Shown piece after piece: positions 44,920 to 55,235 of a stretch of 64,000 bases of DNA. Numbering within the stretch: position 1 is the first letter of the stretch; each line of letters opens with the position of its first letter. The notes below the pieces were generated by a model. The model was not told the DNA's origin. It was given only the letters and a program-made list of their open reading frames with translations, and ran no database searches. This DNA comes from Actinomycetota bacterium. Lineage in GTDB: Bacteria; Actinomycetota; Geothermincolia; Geothermincolales; RBG-13-55-18. A program made the position numbers and the translations under genes. The stretch covers positions 292,715 to 356,714 of the forward strand of contig JACIXC010000001.1 of the NCBI GenBank assembly GCA_014360655.1, in the 5' to 3' direction.

Positions 44920-47679
44920 TCATCCGGAAGGGAGGTAGCGCACCGTCAGGCTCACGGTGCGCACGTTGCCCGGCATGGCGGCGTCGCGGAACTGCACGTA
45001 GACCCGCCTCTTCCCCGGCAAACCCCCGGCAAGCCTCCAGGGAAGGGTGACGGTCTTCCCGTCCCGGCAGGGGATCCACTCCGCGCCGGCGAAGTCGCGG
45101 CGGTTGGAGACGCGCAGGTCCATGAGCCCGGCCCCCTCGTCGTGGGCGCGCAGGGTAAGCGTCACGTCCAGGGAAGGCACGGTGGACGCGCCGCCGTTGA
45201 CGGAGGCCTCGTCGACGACCGGTTTCGCGCCGTCGCTGCCCGCGGCGTAGACCCGCACCGGGAGCACGCTCCCGCCTGGGACGTCCGCCTTCACCACCAC
45301 CATGCGCAGGCCGGAATCGGTATCGTACTGCTCCAGGATGGTGCCGTTCTGCGCGGCGTAATACCCGCCGCCGGAGAGCCGGCGCATGGGGAACTCGATG
45401 CGGCAACCGGAGAGGTCCAGGACCGCCCCCGGTTGGGCGAGGGTGTTCTTCACCTTGCACGTCACGTCGTCGTAAGGCCCGGTTCCCCCGGGCCCGGTGC
45501 CGTCCAGGGGGAGCGGCCGGTCGAAGGCGCCTTCACCGTTGACGATGTGCGGGCGCCGGTAGGCGGGATTGGATGAGTCCTCCTGCTCCATCCACTGCAG
45601 CACGGGGCGGTTGGTGCGGTAGACGTCGTAACCGTTCACGGCCCCCGCCCCCACCCGCAGGCCCTCCCAGCCGGGGATGGACCACCTGCGTTCGGCATCG
45701 CCGCCGGCTCCCGCGAAACCCCATTCCCGGAGCTCCCCGTCCCGGATGGTGATGAGGCGGTAACCGCCGTAGTTCTCGGAGGTCTTGTCCATGAGGAGGG
45801 ACTTGCCGTCGACGGGCGGCTCGGCGCCCGTGGTGTTTATGGACACCACCCGCCCGGGGCCGTCCCCGTAGGGCTCCCAGTCCACCGCGTTGATGGCGTC
45901 GCTGTGGGTGTGGCCGGAAGCCACGAAGGCGACCTCGTGCCTGCGCAGCAGGTACATGAGCGCCTGCGAACCTTCCCCCTGTCCCGCGGACAATTCGAGG
46001 AGGCCGAACTCCTTGGTGTTGTCCCAGGTTTCCGGCGGCGCACCGGCCGGGCGCAGGGGGTCGTGGTGCAGGAAAACGCCCTTGAGGCGCTTTCCCTCCG
46101 CCTCGGCACGCGCCAGCTCGCCTTCGATCCAGGCCAGTTGCCCGTCGAACCCGTCCTCCCCCGGGTCGGGACCCCAGGGCCACGCCTGCCAGTCCCAGGG
46201 GTCGCCGCCGCCCCGCACCTGACCGTGCCACTTGTGGGGGGTGATGATCCTCAAGGGCAGGAGTATCCTGTGCAGGTCCACCAGGAACCCGTTGCGGTCA
46301 TCGTAGTCCTGGGCCATTTCCGGGTAGAGGTTCACGGCCACCGCCCACAGCAGGGGGTTCATGTCCTGCGGGGTGAATGGCTCGGGGCCGTCCGCATCCA
46401 TTTTATCCCAGTCCATGCTGTTCACCGCAAGGAAGGTCATGTCCCCGTAATCCCAGGAATAGTAGAGGGGGCCGAAGAGGTCCTGCCATATCTCCTGGCC
46501 GTCGTCGTGGGCCGCCTCGTGCCCGTCCCAGCAGTAGCTGTCGTGGTTGCCGGGCACGCAGAATACGGGCACGTTCAAGGCCAGGAGCTCGTCGTACCAC
46601 CAGGTGTACTCGAAGCGGTATTCCGTGCCGGGGTCTCCGTTCACGTCGCCCCACAGCAGGGTATCCTTGGGGTAGGTGTTGAAGTTCTTCTGCGCGAACA
46701 CGGAATCGCCGGTGAAGACCACGAAGTCGGGATCCATGAGGTTGATGGCCTGCAGCTCCTCCTGCAGGTAGATGGCGCCCTCGTTGCGCTTGCCGTCCCC
46801 GTCCAGGTCCATGGGGAAACCGGGGTATCCCAGGAAGCCGAGGTCGATGCGCGGCGGGGTGCCGGGACGGGGCTCCCGCAGCTCGAAGGAGTTGTAGTCG
46901 AGGTTCAGGCCGTTCTTGATCTCCGGCCCGTAGACGTGGGTGTCCGTGATGTGCACGATCTTCAAATCGTCGCCGAAGGATTCGATTACCTGCAGGGCGT
47001 GGGGCTGCGCGTCCTCCACGAGGAACCCGGGGCCCACGCGGTCCGAGACGCAGCGCACGTGCACGTCGTAGAGGTCCAGGGGGACGTTCACGGGCAACGC
47101 GACCTCGATGTGGTCCACCTCGAAGGCGGCCTGGCCGAAGATCTCCGGCCAGCGCCGGCTGGGGCCGCGGCTCACCCCCTTCACCGGCAGGCGGCGGGTG
47201 TTTACCGTCCTGTGCACCGGTCTCTCGTAGGTCCCGTAGGAGGGGCCGCCATAGCGGTACCACGCCTCGGGCGGGTTCTCGGCCTCCCCGGGGACGGAAC
47301 CGTCGTAATTCCGCACGTTGGCGGCCACGGAGGTGGTGATCCATACCTCCCAGTCCTGCGGGCGGTCGACCTGCGCGAGCTCCGGCCGGGGGTTCGCGGC
47401 CACGCTCTTGCGCCAGTCCCACTCTATGACCAGTTCCTCTCCACGGGGCAGTATGGCCGGGCAGCCGAAGGTGGGGTAGATTAGCTGGTTTATCCTCTTG
47501 GCCACCTCGGGCAGGGAACCCTCGGGGTGGAAGGCCGCCTCCGCCGTAGCTCCCGTTCCGGGACCGGAAAGACAGCCGTACATGGTAGCCAGGGCGACGA
47601 AAAGAACCGTGAGCGCGCGAACCGCGGGGGCCGTAAAGCCGCGCAGCCTCCCGCCGTAAGAGGTACCCCCCCTATGCAT
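44920..47679 (-). CDS. Large secreted calcineurin-like metallophosphoesterase lipoprotein
   Basis: The signal peptide and lipobox read LATMYGC. The phosphoesterase motifs are DTH, GDSV and GNHD, with a later GHTH. The C-terminal region is Gly-rich. The ATG is preceded by AGGAAGGAG. Confidence 0.7.
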   Translation of the reverse strand: MHRGGTSYGGRLRGFTAPAVRALTVLFVALATMYGCLSGPGTGATAEAAFHPEGSLPEVAKRINQLIYPTFGCPAILPRGEELVIEWDWRKSVAANPRPELAQVDRPQDWEVWITTSVAANVRNYDGSVPGEAENPPEAWYRYGGPSYGTYERPVHRTVNTRRLPVKGVSRGPSRRWPEIFGQAAFEVDHIEVALPVNVPLDLYDVHVRCVSDRVGPGFLVEDAQPHALQVIESFGDDLKIVHITDTHVYGPEIKNGLNLDYNSFELREPRPGTPPRIDLGFLGYPGFPMDLDGDGKRNEGAIYLQEELQAINLMDPDFVVFTGDSVFAQKNFNTYPKDTLLWGDVNGDPGTEYRFEYTWWYDELLALNVPVFCVPGNHDSYCWDGHEAAHDDGQEIWQDLFGPLYYSWDYGDMTFLAVNSMDWDKMDADGPEPFTPQDMNPLLWAVAVNLYPEMAQDYDDRNGFLVDLHRILLPLRIITPHKWHGQVRGGGDPWDWQAWPWGPDPGEDGFDGQLAWIEGELARAEAEGKRLKGVFLHHDPLRPAGAPPETWDNTKEFGLLELSAGQGEGSQALMYLLRRHEVAFVASGHTHSDAINAVDWEPYGDGPGRVVSINTTGAEPPVDGKSLLMDKTSENYGGYRLITIRDGELREWGFAGAGGDAERRWSIPGWEGLRVGAGAVNGYDVYRTNRPVLQWMEQEDSSNPAYRRPHIVNGEGAFDRPLPLDGTGPGGTGPYDDVTCKVKNTLAQPGAVLDLSGCRIEFPMRRLSGGGYYAAQNGTILEQYDTDSGLRMVVVKADVPGGSVLPVRVYAAGSDGAKPVVDEASVNGGASTVPSLDVTLTLRAHDEGAGLMDLRVSNRRDFAGAEWIPCRDGKTVTLPWRLAGGLPGKRRVYVQFRDAAMPGNVRTVSLTVRYLPSG

Positions 47680-47902
47680 CCCCCATCACTCCTTCCTCTT
47701 TGCCGGCATCCCTCCCGTCGATAAGATTGTAATACGGGCGGCGGCCGTACACCAGGCATACTCCGCGGGTCTGCGCCGTCTTTCTACCTGGAAATAACTG
47801 CCATGGTATCAGGCCGACCAGGGCCCGAGTCCCGGGGAAACGTGCGGTCCCCTATGCCCGCCCCCAGCGGGGAGACGTCGGGCCGTCCGCCGTTATGGAG
47901 TA

Positions 47903-48394
47903 TCACGGGGTCGAGGAAAGGGCCTTCTCCACCGCCTTGAGGGCCGCTTTCTGGCTGGCGGAAGCACCGCTGACCAGGTCCACCTGCAGGGACTGCTCCT
48001 CCACCACGCGTGCCATGGTTTCCTGCACCCGGGCCGCATCGGCCCGCTGCATCTTCTCCGCGTTTACCAGCTCTATCTCCACGATCTTCCCTTCCGCCAC
48101 CCACACCCGCACCCTGGCGTAGACGTGGAACACGCGGTATTCGCCCTCGTATTCTCCATCCGCGAGATCACCCACCGTGATCTCCCCCGGGACCAGCTCC
48201 CGCACGGCGCTGGTGAAACGCCAGGAATAGACACCGCAGCTGGCCATGGAAACCAGGAGCAGGGAGAGGATGGCGAGCAAAGCCATCCTGGTTTTCCTAA
48301 GCCTTTTCCCGGGAGGCGGATAATAAGGGACCTTGTCGCTCACCATTCTTCTTTTAAAGCGTGAAAGGCGGAATCGTGAGTTCTTCCCCGTCAT
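47903..48394 (-). CDS. FMN-binding domain lipoprotein
   Basis: The C-terminus matches the FMN_bind pattern (EYEGEYRVFH...GKIVEIELV...DLVSGASASQKAALKAVEKAL). The signal and lipobox read LLLVSMASCG. The chosen start (ATG preceded by GAGGGAGGG) gives a long basic N-region. Alternative starts lie at 48346 and 48286. The 809-aa track ORF containing it is an artefact. Confidence 0.55.
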   Translation of the reverse strand: MTGKNSRFRLSRFKRRMVSDKVPYYPPPGKRLRKTRMALLAILSLLLVSMASCGVYSWRFTSAVRELVPGEITVGDLADGEYEGEYRVFHVYARVRVWVAEGKIVEIELVNAEKMQRADAARVQETMARVVEEQSLQVDLVSGASASQKAALKAVEKALSSTP

Positions 48395-48537
48395 CTCGAC
48401 CCTCCCTCGAATCGGCTGCGTTCGGCCAAGAACCACCATGATTATATTGCGGGAGGCGTTTCCTGTCATAATATCCAAATGGATATCAAGGGGCGCCCCG
48501 TGATCATACCCGGCATCTTCCACGGGGCTCTTCTTCG

Positions 48538-48768
48538 CATCTTTCTCTGTATCTTTCTCCGCGTCTTTCTCTGTATCTTTCTCCGCGTCTTTCTCCTCTT
48601 CTTTCCTCCCGTCTTTCTCCCGCAAAGAGGAAAACGCGGCTGAGCGGTGCGGCGCCCCGGAGCGCGGGCTTTCCGGGGATGCATCTTTTCTTCTGCCTTT
48701 TCTTCTGCCTTCTCTTCTGCCTTTTCTTCTGCCTTTTCTTATGCATTTTCTCGTGTCTTTTCTTGTGC
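48538..48768. repeat. Two blocks of CT-rich 12-bp tandem repeats (gYRtctttctcY x about 7 and tgccttttcttc x about 7) in a divergent intergenic region
   Basis: The blocks lie at 48538-48621 and 48681-48768. Strong pyrimidine strand bias is evident on the plus strand. Confidence 0.85.
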
Positions 48769-48940
48769 GCTCCTGTCCCCGGAGGTATGGGCTTTCCATC
48801 CACACGGGTTCCGGAAGGAAACGGGGCGCGGTCCTTTGAAGTATTGTAGGAAGATTATGGTGAGGGAAGGGTGGCTTTCTCCGCCCCCGGAAAGTCTGTC
48901 GAAACATGAAGGCCCGTGGTGCGTCCTCGAGGAGGGTGAG

Positions 48941-50191
48941 ATGGAGCGGGAAGAAGAACACGCGGTTTACGGTTTCCGCTGGGTGGTCCTGGCCTCCTTC
49001 ATGCTCGTGGCCGCCGTCACCCAGTTGATGTGGCTGAACTACGCCCCCATAACCTCGCAGACCCAGGAGCTCATGGGAGTCAGCGAGTTCAGGGTGGTCC
49101 TGCTGGCGACCATGTTCCCCCTCGTATACATACCCGTTTCCATCCCCGCCGGCTTCATCATCGACCGCAAGGGCTTCCGCTTCGCCGTGCTCATCGGGGC
49201 CCTGCTTACCACGGCCTTCTCCTTCCTGCGCCTCTTCGCGGACAACTACGCCCTGGTGCTCGTGGGCATGATCGGCATCTCGCTGGGCCAGCCCTTCGTG
49301 CTCAACAGCATCACCAAGATGGTGAGCACCTGGTTCCCCACCGACGAATCCGCGCTGGCCAACGGGCTGGCTTCCCTCTCCCTCTTCCTGGGGATGATCG
49401 TCGCCCTGGCCGCCACGCCCCCCCTGCTCAAGGCCCTGGGCGAAAACGAAATAAGCTCGCTCCGCTGGGTGGTGCTTATCTACAGCCTTATCTCCCTTGC
49501 CGGACTGGTGCTCTTCGCCCTCCTGGGAAGGGCTCGTCCCCCCAGGCCTCCCAAGCGCACGGAGAAGGAGGCGCTGGGCGAGGAGGCGGCCATCAACCTG
49601 AAGGGCCTGCGTTCCCTCTTCGCCCTGCACGACTTCCGCCTCCTCTGCCTGATCATCTTCATCGGCAACGGCAGCTTCGTGGGCCTCATGCAGCTCATCG
49701 AGAAGATCCTCAAGCCCAAGGGCATAGGGACGGGGACGGCGGGGAACATCGGCGCGGTCATCGTGCTGGCGGGCGTGGTCGGCTGCATCGTCCTGCCCTC
49801 CATATCCGACAGGATCATGCGGCGCAAGCCCTTCATAGTCCTCGCTGCCCTGGCGGCGGCGCCCACCCTTTTCCTCGTGGGCGCCCTGGAAAACACCGCC
49901 CTGATCTTCATCGTCGGGGGCGTACTGGGCTTCTTCCTCCTGAGCGCCCTCCCCGTGCTCCTGGCCCTCGCCGAGGAGACCACCGGCGCCGCCCTCACGG
50001 GCACGGCAACCAGCATGCTCCTGCTGCTGGGGAACGCCGGCGGGGTGGTCATCACCATGATCATGGAAGGGATCAAGGGAGCCACCGGTGGACCCGGCGA
50101 GTCCTTCTTCTGGGCCATGGTGTTCCTTGCCCTCGCCTTCGTCGCAGCCTTCCTCGTCGCCCTGCGCCTGCGGGAAAGCGCCGAGGCCTGA
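48941..50191 (+). CDS. MFS transporter
   Basis: The ATG is preceded by GGAGGG. There are about 12 transmembrane segments. The MFS loop motif lies near DRKGFR. Confidence 0.7.
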   Translation: MEREEEHAVYGFRWVVLASFMLVAAVTQLMWLNYAPITSQTQELMGVSEFRVVLLATMFPLVYIPVSIPAGFIIDRKGFRFAVLIGALLTTAFSFLRLFADNYALVLVGMIGISLGQPFVLNSITKMVSTWFPTDESALANGLASLSLFLGMIVALAATPPLLKALGENEISSLRWVVLIYSLISLAGLVLFALLGRARPPRPPKRTEKEALGEEAAINLKGLRSLFALHDFRLLCLIIFIGNGSFVGLMQLIEKILKPKGIGTGTAGNIGAVIVLAGVVGCIVLPSISDRIMRRKPFIVLAALAAAPTLFLVGALENTALIFIVGGVLGFFLLSALPVLLALAEETTGAALTGTATSMLLLLGNAGGVVITMIMEGIKGATGGPGESFFWAMVFLALAFVAAFLVALRLRESAEA

Positions 50192-50397
50192 TACGCACGG
50201 TCGGACACCGTTGCCTGTCGATGCCTTCATTCTTCGTACCGGGTGCGTGGTCACCGTTGCCTGGAGGAGCCCCACCCTCCCGCCGCATGAGTATCCCGCC
50301 ATGAAAACACGGAGCGGATCTGGCATGAACACTCGTCTCGCTGGATGTGCATCTAATTCTTGCCCCGAAACGCCATTGCGGGGAGCCTCGATGGAAC

Positions 50398-50431
50398 GTC
50401 ATCGCGAGGAGCGGAGCGACGAAGCGATCTC
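50398..50431 (+). repeat. Dispersed 34-bp element GTCATCGCGAGGAGCGGAGCGACGAAGCGATCTC, copy 2
   Basis: Exact match to 22747-22780. It lies in a convergent intergenic region. Confidence 0.9.
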
Positions 50432-50511
50432 CTCCGCGCCTTTGCCGTTCCTACCGGCGAGATGGCAACATCCCGTTGCCTGATCCCGCCTGTCGACGCG
50501 GGGAGGTCTTA

Positions 50512-51447
50512 TTACCCGTGGCTTTCGAGGAAGCGGAGGGCGCCGTCCATGGCCAGCGCGGCGCCGCGCGTGTACCAGAAATTGAGAAAACCGTGGTAGG
50601 TGAGGGGGTGCTCTCTCCTGGTAAGATTCAACAGCTCATGCTCCACGCCGTTCTCCGCCAGCGCGCGCACGAAGTCGAGGGTCTGGGAGTGCAGCTGGTC
50701 TATCTCGCTGGTGGCCAGGTAACAGGGCGGGAACTGCGGGGTGACGTAGCGGACGGGCGAAGCCAGCTCGGCCCCCTCGCGGAACAACCCCGGGTCGCGC
50801 CCCAGGAACCCGGTGATGAGCATGCGCCCGAAGGGGAAGCCGGTGTCGCCCACGGTGACCAGGTCGTACACACCGTAGAAGAGCAGTAACCCCCGGATGC
50901 ATGACGCGGGAATGCAGGTGGGGATGGACAGGGCCCGCCGCAGGTCAGGGTGCAGCGCCTCCGCCGCGTACATGGCCGCGTGATAGGCGCCGGCTGAGTC
51001 CCCCGCCAGGAAGACCCGCCCCGGGTCGCCGCCGTAGTCTTGCGCGTGCGCGTAGGCCCAGTTCACCGCCGCCGCCGTGTCCTGCAGCTGCTCCCGGTAG
51101 CCGAAACGCGGTGCCATGCGGTAGTTGGCGTTGAACACCAGGTAACCCGATGAGGCGAAGACGCGACAGATGCGGTCGTAGGTGCGCTTGTCGCCCACGT
51201 GGTTCCCTCCCCCGTGGACGTAGACCAGGACGGGGTAAGGGGGCTCGGAAGGCGGGATGAAGACGTCCAGCTTCTGGAGGCGACTCCCCTCCTCCACGTA
51301 GGGGAGGTCACGCTCTATGGCCCCCACCTCCGGGGCGCGCCGGTTGAGGAGGAGGGCGCGCAGTATCCTCTCCCCCACCGCCCAGTTGAACTTGAACAGG
51401 TAGGCGAAGGCAGTGCCGTAGGGCAGTTTTTCCCCGTTCATGCGCAT
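50512..51447 (-). CDS. Alpha/beta hydrolase (esterase/lipase, hydrolase_3 type)
   Basis: The oxyanion-hole HGGG motif, a GDSAG nucleophile elbow and a later conserved His are present. The start was chosen at MRMNGEK... with low certainty. Confidence 0.65.
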   Translation of the reverse strand: MRMNGEKLPYGTAFAYLFKFNWAVGERILRALLLNRRAPEVGAIERDLPYVEEGSRLQKLDVFIPPSEPPYPVLVYVHGGGNHVGDKRTYDRICRVFASSGYLVFNANYRMAPRFGYREQLQDTAAAVNWAYAHAQDYGGDPGRVFLAGDSAGAYHAAMYAAEALHPDLRRALSIPTCIPASCIRGLLLFYGVYDLVTVGDTGFPFGRMLITGFLGRDPGLFREGAELASPVRYVTPQFPPCYLATSEIDQLHSQTLDFVRALAENGVEHELLNLTRREHPLTYHGFLNFWYTRGAALAMDGALRFLESHG

Positions 51448-51644
51448 ATGGTAACGCCATCCAGCGGAGCGGGCAACCGTGCCCCCCTTAAACCAGAAAT
51501 GCCGCTTGGATAGAAGGGTATGTGTGTAAGCATTCGCCAACCTTCCCGCCCATCTACGCCCGCGAGATACGAAGAGGCCTGCAAACCCATGGGGTACGCG
51601 AGTGCCGTGCTTGCCCTGCCGGTGGGTCGCGCCGCCGGAGAAGC

Positions 51645-52739
51645 TCAGGCGCTGGCCGTTTCCCGTCCTGCCTGGCCCACCGGCGTCACGGATATCTCCA
51701 GCTCGCCCTCCTCCGAGAAGCTCCATTCCAGGTGGGTGTCCACGTCATAGGTAAGCTCGTACAGCCCCTGCACCAGGCCGACCAGCATGAGGTGGAGGAA
51801 GGCGTTCTCTATGCGGAAATAGAGGCCGCTCTGGTTGGACCTCAGCTCGCGCAGGTTGCCCAGGCCGCGCATGGCCAGCTGGTCGCGCATGTCCAGCCTT
51901 CCCATGCCCTCGATGCTGTAGAACCCGGCCCGCACGAAACGGCGCTGGGCCTCGATGACCGACTCCGGGAAGATCTCCCCCAACTCGTTCTCCAGCTCGC
52001 CGAAAACGGCATCCACCTCCATCCCGGTGAGGATCATGCGCCTGCCCGTGGTGACGCCCGCGATGATGCCGCGCTCCGGGTACCAGCGGTAATGCGAAAG
52101 GGCCAGCGGGCCCCCGCAGCTCGCGCATCTCTCCAGCTCGATATCCCCGTCGCGGAGCGGGAAGTGGCGGAAGCGCAACCTGCCCTTGAGTTCCTGGGGA
52201 TGGTTGGCCACGAAACAAGTCAGCTCGTAGAGGTTCTCCGAGATCTGCTTGTATTCCGCGCCCAGCTCGCAGCCGAAGAGGATCTCGAAGGCGGCGGCCA
52301 TGTCCCCGCAGGCCAGGGGCACCGAGTAGGGTTCGGAGATGGTCTCCACGACGTAATCGTTCACGTCCTTCTCGAAACGGTAGTCGACCAGTTCGAATTT
52401 CCCGTAGCCGTCAAGCATCGCCGTCAGCCGCAGTCCGTCGTTCACCGGCCGCCAGTCGATCTCCCGCTTGCGCAGCAGCTCCTTGGTGACGTCGGGGATG
52501 AGGCTCTCCAGGTAAGAACGTACCGCACGGCGCTTGGCGGTGATCAGGGCATGCTCGATGGGCACACCGATCAACTCCTGGATGCCCCTGAAGAGGGGGT
52601 CGAGGTTCTCGCTCTCCACGAAGACCATGCGGTTACGACGGTCCCGGCTCTGCACGATGACGCCGTTGTCGAGCCAAGTGTGCTCGGAGGTGATGTGCCT
52701 GGGGACCCCGCACTCGGGGCAAAGATCGACCTGGTTCAT
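51645..52739 (-). CDS. Hypothetical protein with two CxxC zinc-ribbon-like motifs (possible V4R-like C-terminal domain)
   Basis: The motifs CPECG...H and CASCGG are present. The sequence is coding-like. The start is uncertain between 52739 and 52766. Confidence 0.45.
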   Translation of the reverse strand: MNQVDLCPECGVPRHITSEHTWLDNGVIVQSRDRRNRMVFVESENLDPLFRGIQELIGVPIEHALITAKRRAVRSYLESLIPDVTKELLRKREIDWRPVNDGLRLTAMLDGYGKFELVDYRFEKDVNDYVVETISEPYSVPLACGDMAAAFEILFGCELGAEYKQISENLYELTCFVANHPQELKGRLRFRHFPLRDGDIELERCASCGGPLALSHYRWYPERGIIAGVTTGRRMILTGMEVDAVFGELENELGEIFPESVIEAQRRFVRAGFYSIEGMGRLDMRDQLAMRGLGNLRELRSNQSGLYFRIENAFLHLMLVGLVQGLYELTYDVDTHLEWSFSEEGELEISVTPVGQAGRETASA

Positions 52740-53065
52740 GCCGTTGCCTGCCTTTCTCGTCATCCGTAACCAGATACAAGCCAGGTATTTGCTCCCAGAG
52801 CCCCGAGGCTCCGCAGCATACCATGCCACCAAGGTTTTTCTCGACCGACAGCGCTTTAAGGTAAAGACGTCCGGGCCGCGAATGTTCACCTGGAGTGAAC
52901 GCATTCCCGCGGGCGCACGGGGGCGACGGCGTGCACCCGCCCTCGACCACGGCTAGATGCGCGCCTGCCCGGGATTATCCCGCCCCCCCGCCGGCCCGGC
53001 CCGCCTTCTGCCCATCACCCCCATCCCGCTGCGCGGATCGCTTCCGCAAGGAATGCATGCGGCGA

Positions 53066-53629
53066 CTACAGGGAATATTCCTCCTTGAGGAACTGCACCC
53101 AGGGCTTGAAGGACTCGATCTCTTCCGGGGTCATCTCGTCGAGGAAGATGGTGTCCACCATGCCCACCAGCTCCGTGAGGCGGGTGGCCGCCTTGACGTA
53201 GCGCACGATGGTGGGCAGGTCGCCCTTGAGCTTGATCCTTCCCTGCATCATGCCCTTGACCGCGTCGAGCTCGCCGGTCATCACCTGCTTCCAGCGGTCG
53301 TAGGGGGCGGTGAGCACGTAGTCCCCGCTCTCGCCGACATCCCTGGGCACCAGGCGCACGGAGCGGCAGTCCCCGTGCCACAGGTCGAGCATGAGGTACA
53401 TGTCGTCATCCAGCCCCACCTGGGGTTCTGGAAGAATATGGATGACCACCGAGCCTTCCCAGCCCTTGGCCAGCTTGCGGTAGGTCTCGTCTCCCTGGAT
53501 GAGCTTTTCGTAGGCGCCGATCCACGCGGGGGTGCCCATTATGTAGGGCTTGTTCTCCACCTCGAGCAGGTCCTCCACCAGGGCGGCGAATGAATCCTCC
53601 CACTCCTTGGTCCCGTAAACGTACGGCAT
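53066..53629 (-). CDS. SCP2 sterol-binding domain protein
   Basis: The C-terminal motif MTGELDAVKGMMQGRIKLKGDL is SCP2-like. A strong AAAGGAGGAGG RBS precedes the ATG. Confidence 0.6.
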   Translation of the reverse strand: MPYVYGTKEWEDSFAALVEDLLEVENKPYIMGTPAWIGAYEKLIQGDETYRKLAKGWEGSVVIHILPEPQVGLDDDMYLMLDLWHGDCRSVRLVPRDVGESGDYVLTAPYDRWKQVMTGELDAVKGMMQGRIKLKGDLPTIVRYVKAATRLTELVGMVDTIFLDEMTPEEIESFKPWVQFLKEEYSL

Positions 53630-53843
53630 ATCCTCCTCCTTTCGCCGATGCGGGACGAACGTTAGTCCCTCCTACCCTTATCTCCCTGGCGGCGAAAGGT
53701 GCCGATACGCCTTATCTTTAAATTACGCAGCCGCAGGCACTCCCCCGCGCATTATAGCGCGAGGCGGCATCCCGTGGAATACCTGTGCTGAGAAGCCGCT
53801 CTTTGGTCCTCGCCGGGGCTACGGGCAGACGCTCCCCGCCATG

Positions 53844-55133
53844 TCAATAGCAGGGATACCAGGGCGGCGGCTCGATCCCCGTGCCCAGGTCAACCCCGTG
53901 CCAACCCCTGGCATCCCTTTTCATGATGACCAGGGGGGCATCGATATCCTGGTTGGTGCAGAGGGCCACCCCGACCGCCTCGTTTCCCTTTATCAGCAGG
54001 CCGCTTATCTCGAACTCCAACCCCGCTGCGGCATTGGCCTTGGTGTAGGCCAGCATGGCCGCTTCCACCTCCGTAAGCCTTGACTCGTACCAGGCGGGCA
54101 GCTCCAGGTCGGTGCCCACGTCCACCCCGTGCCAACCCCTGGCATCCCTTTTCATGATGACCATGGGGGCATCGATATCCTGGTTGGTGCAGAGGGCTAA
54201 CCCGACCGCCTCGTTTCCCTTGATAAAGAGGTTGAATATCTCGAAATCCAACCCCGCTGCGGCATTGGCCTTGGTATAGGCCAGCATGGCCGCCTCCACC
54301 TCCGCCAGTTTCTCCGCTTCATCGTAGCCTTCGTCCTCGCTAACGCCGCTATCGCCGTTGTCCGTGGTCCCGTTGCGGTCCGGTTCATCCAGGCTCAGGC
54401 CTTCCAGCACATGCGGGTCGATCACCGACTCTCTAAGATAATCGCCAGACAGGTACCACTCCCCGTCCACCCTCACCAGCCGCACGGGCTCCACGTCGTC
54501 CTCTGAAGCCTCCTCGGTCACCACGTCTCCGTATTCGTCGGTATAGGTCATGGTGCCGTCCACGATGGTCACGGTTGCGGTGTCCCCGCGTATCTCGGTC
54601 TCCATCTCCCTGATCTCCACCTCCAGGTCCTCCGGGAAGTCCTGGAAGAAATAGTCCTCGAAGAAAGTCCGGTAGTTCTTTCCCAGCGCGTCCTCGAGTT
54701 CGGCGCGGAACGAAGGTTCGATGATCTCCAGGAACAGGTCCGCGTCCTGCGTCTCCATGGCGCGGTAGAATTTCCTCACCACCTCTTCGGGGCCGGAGGT
54801 GTCGCCGGTGCCGTTTCCCGCGAAGACCACGAATACCAGCACCAGGACTACGGCTATCGCCGCCAGCACCCCGATGCCGCCCATCACCCAGGGCAGGGGT
54901 GATTTTTTGGGGGTTGGGGCATAAGGAGTTGCCTGCGGGGCGGGCCCTTGCGGAAGGCCTGCGGGAGGAACCCCCGCCGGCGGGGAAGGCGGCACGTATA
55001 CCTGGTGATCGGGGGGGACAGGAGGCTGTCCCTCCTGTCCGGTGCCGGCAGATGCAGAGCTCACCGTTGCTCCACAGTAACCGCAGAACAGGCTATCGTC
55101 CGCTATCTCTTTTCCGCATTTTTCACAGAACAT
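53844..55133 (-). CDS. Zinc-ribbon membrane protein with internally duplicated C-terminal domain
   Basis: The start MFCEKCGKEI...CGYCG is preceded by GGAGGGAG. A Pro-rich linker is followed by one transmembrane segment. Two tandem copies of about 77 aa each are about 90 % identical (EVEAAMLAYTKANAAAGL.FEI...KRDARGWHGVD). Confidence 0.65.
   Translation of the reverse strand: MFCEKCGKEIADDSLFCGYCGATVSSASAGTGQEGQPPVPPDHQVYVPPSPPAGVPPAGLPQGPAPQATPYAPTPKKSPLPWVMGGIGVLAAIAVVLVLVFVVFAGNGTGDTSGPEEVVRKFYRAMETQDADLFLEIIEPSFRAELEDALGKNYRTFFEDYFFQDFPEDLEVEIREMETEIRGDTATVTIVDGTMTYTDEYGDVVTEEASEDDVEPVRLVRVDGEWYLSGDYLRESVIDPHVLEGLSLDEPDRNGTTDNGDSGVSEDEGYDEAEKLAEVEAAMLAYTKANAAAGLDFEIFNLFIKGNEAVGLALCTNQDIDAPMVIMKRDARGWHGVDVGTDLELPAWYESRLTEVEAAMLAYTKANAAAGLEFEISGLLIKGNEAVGVALCTNQDIDAPLVIMKRDARGWHGVDLGTGIEPPPWYPCY
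53884..54304. repeat. Tandem duplication of about 230 bp inside the zinc-ribbon membrane protein gene
   Basis: Two DNA copies are about 90 % identical over about 190 bp each. Confidence 0.8.
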
Positions 55134-55235
55134 CTTACGGCTCCCTCCATCACGCACGGCCCTCCTCGAGAATGCCCTGGGCCCACGCGCCTGGTCGGGT
55201 GGCAAGTCCGCGGGAGATGGGCATGGAGGCCCGCA

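Noticed and set aside
45904-47484. 526-aa plus ORF and the Arg/Pro-rich ORFs at 46403..47422
   Set aside because: They are antisense to the large metallophosphoesterase gene, which has clear DTH/GNHD/GHTH motifs.
47903-50332. 809-aa minus-strand ORF
   Set aside because: It is a chimera. Only its last 164 codons (the FMN-binding lipoprotein) look real. The middle translates tandem DNA repeats (KGRRKGRR, EKDAEKDT). The 5' two-thirds is antisense to a well-supported MFS transporter gene.
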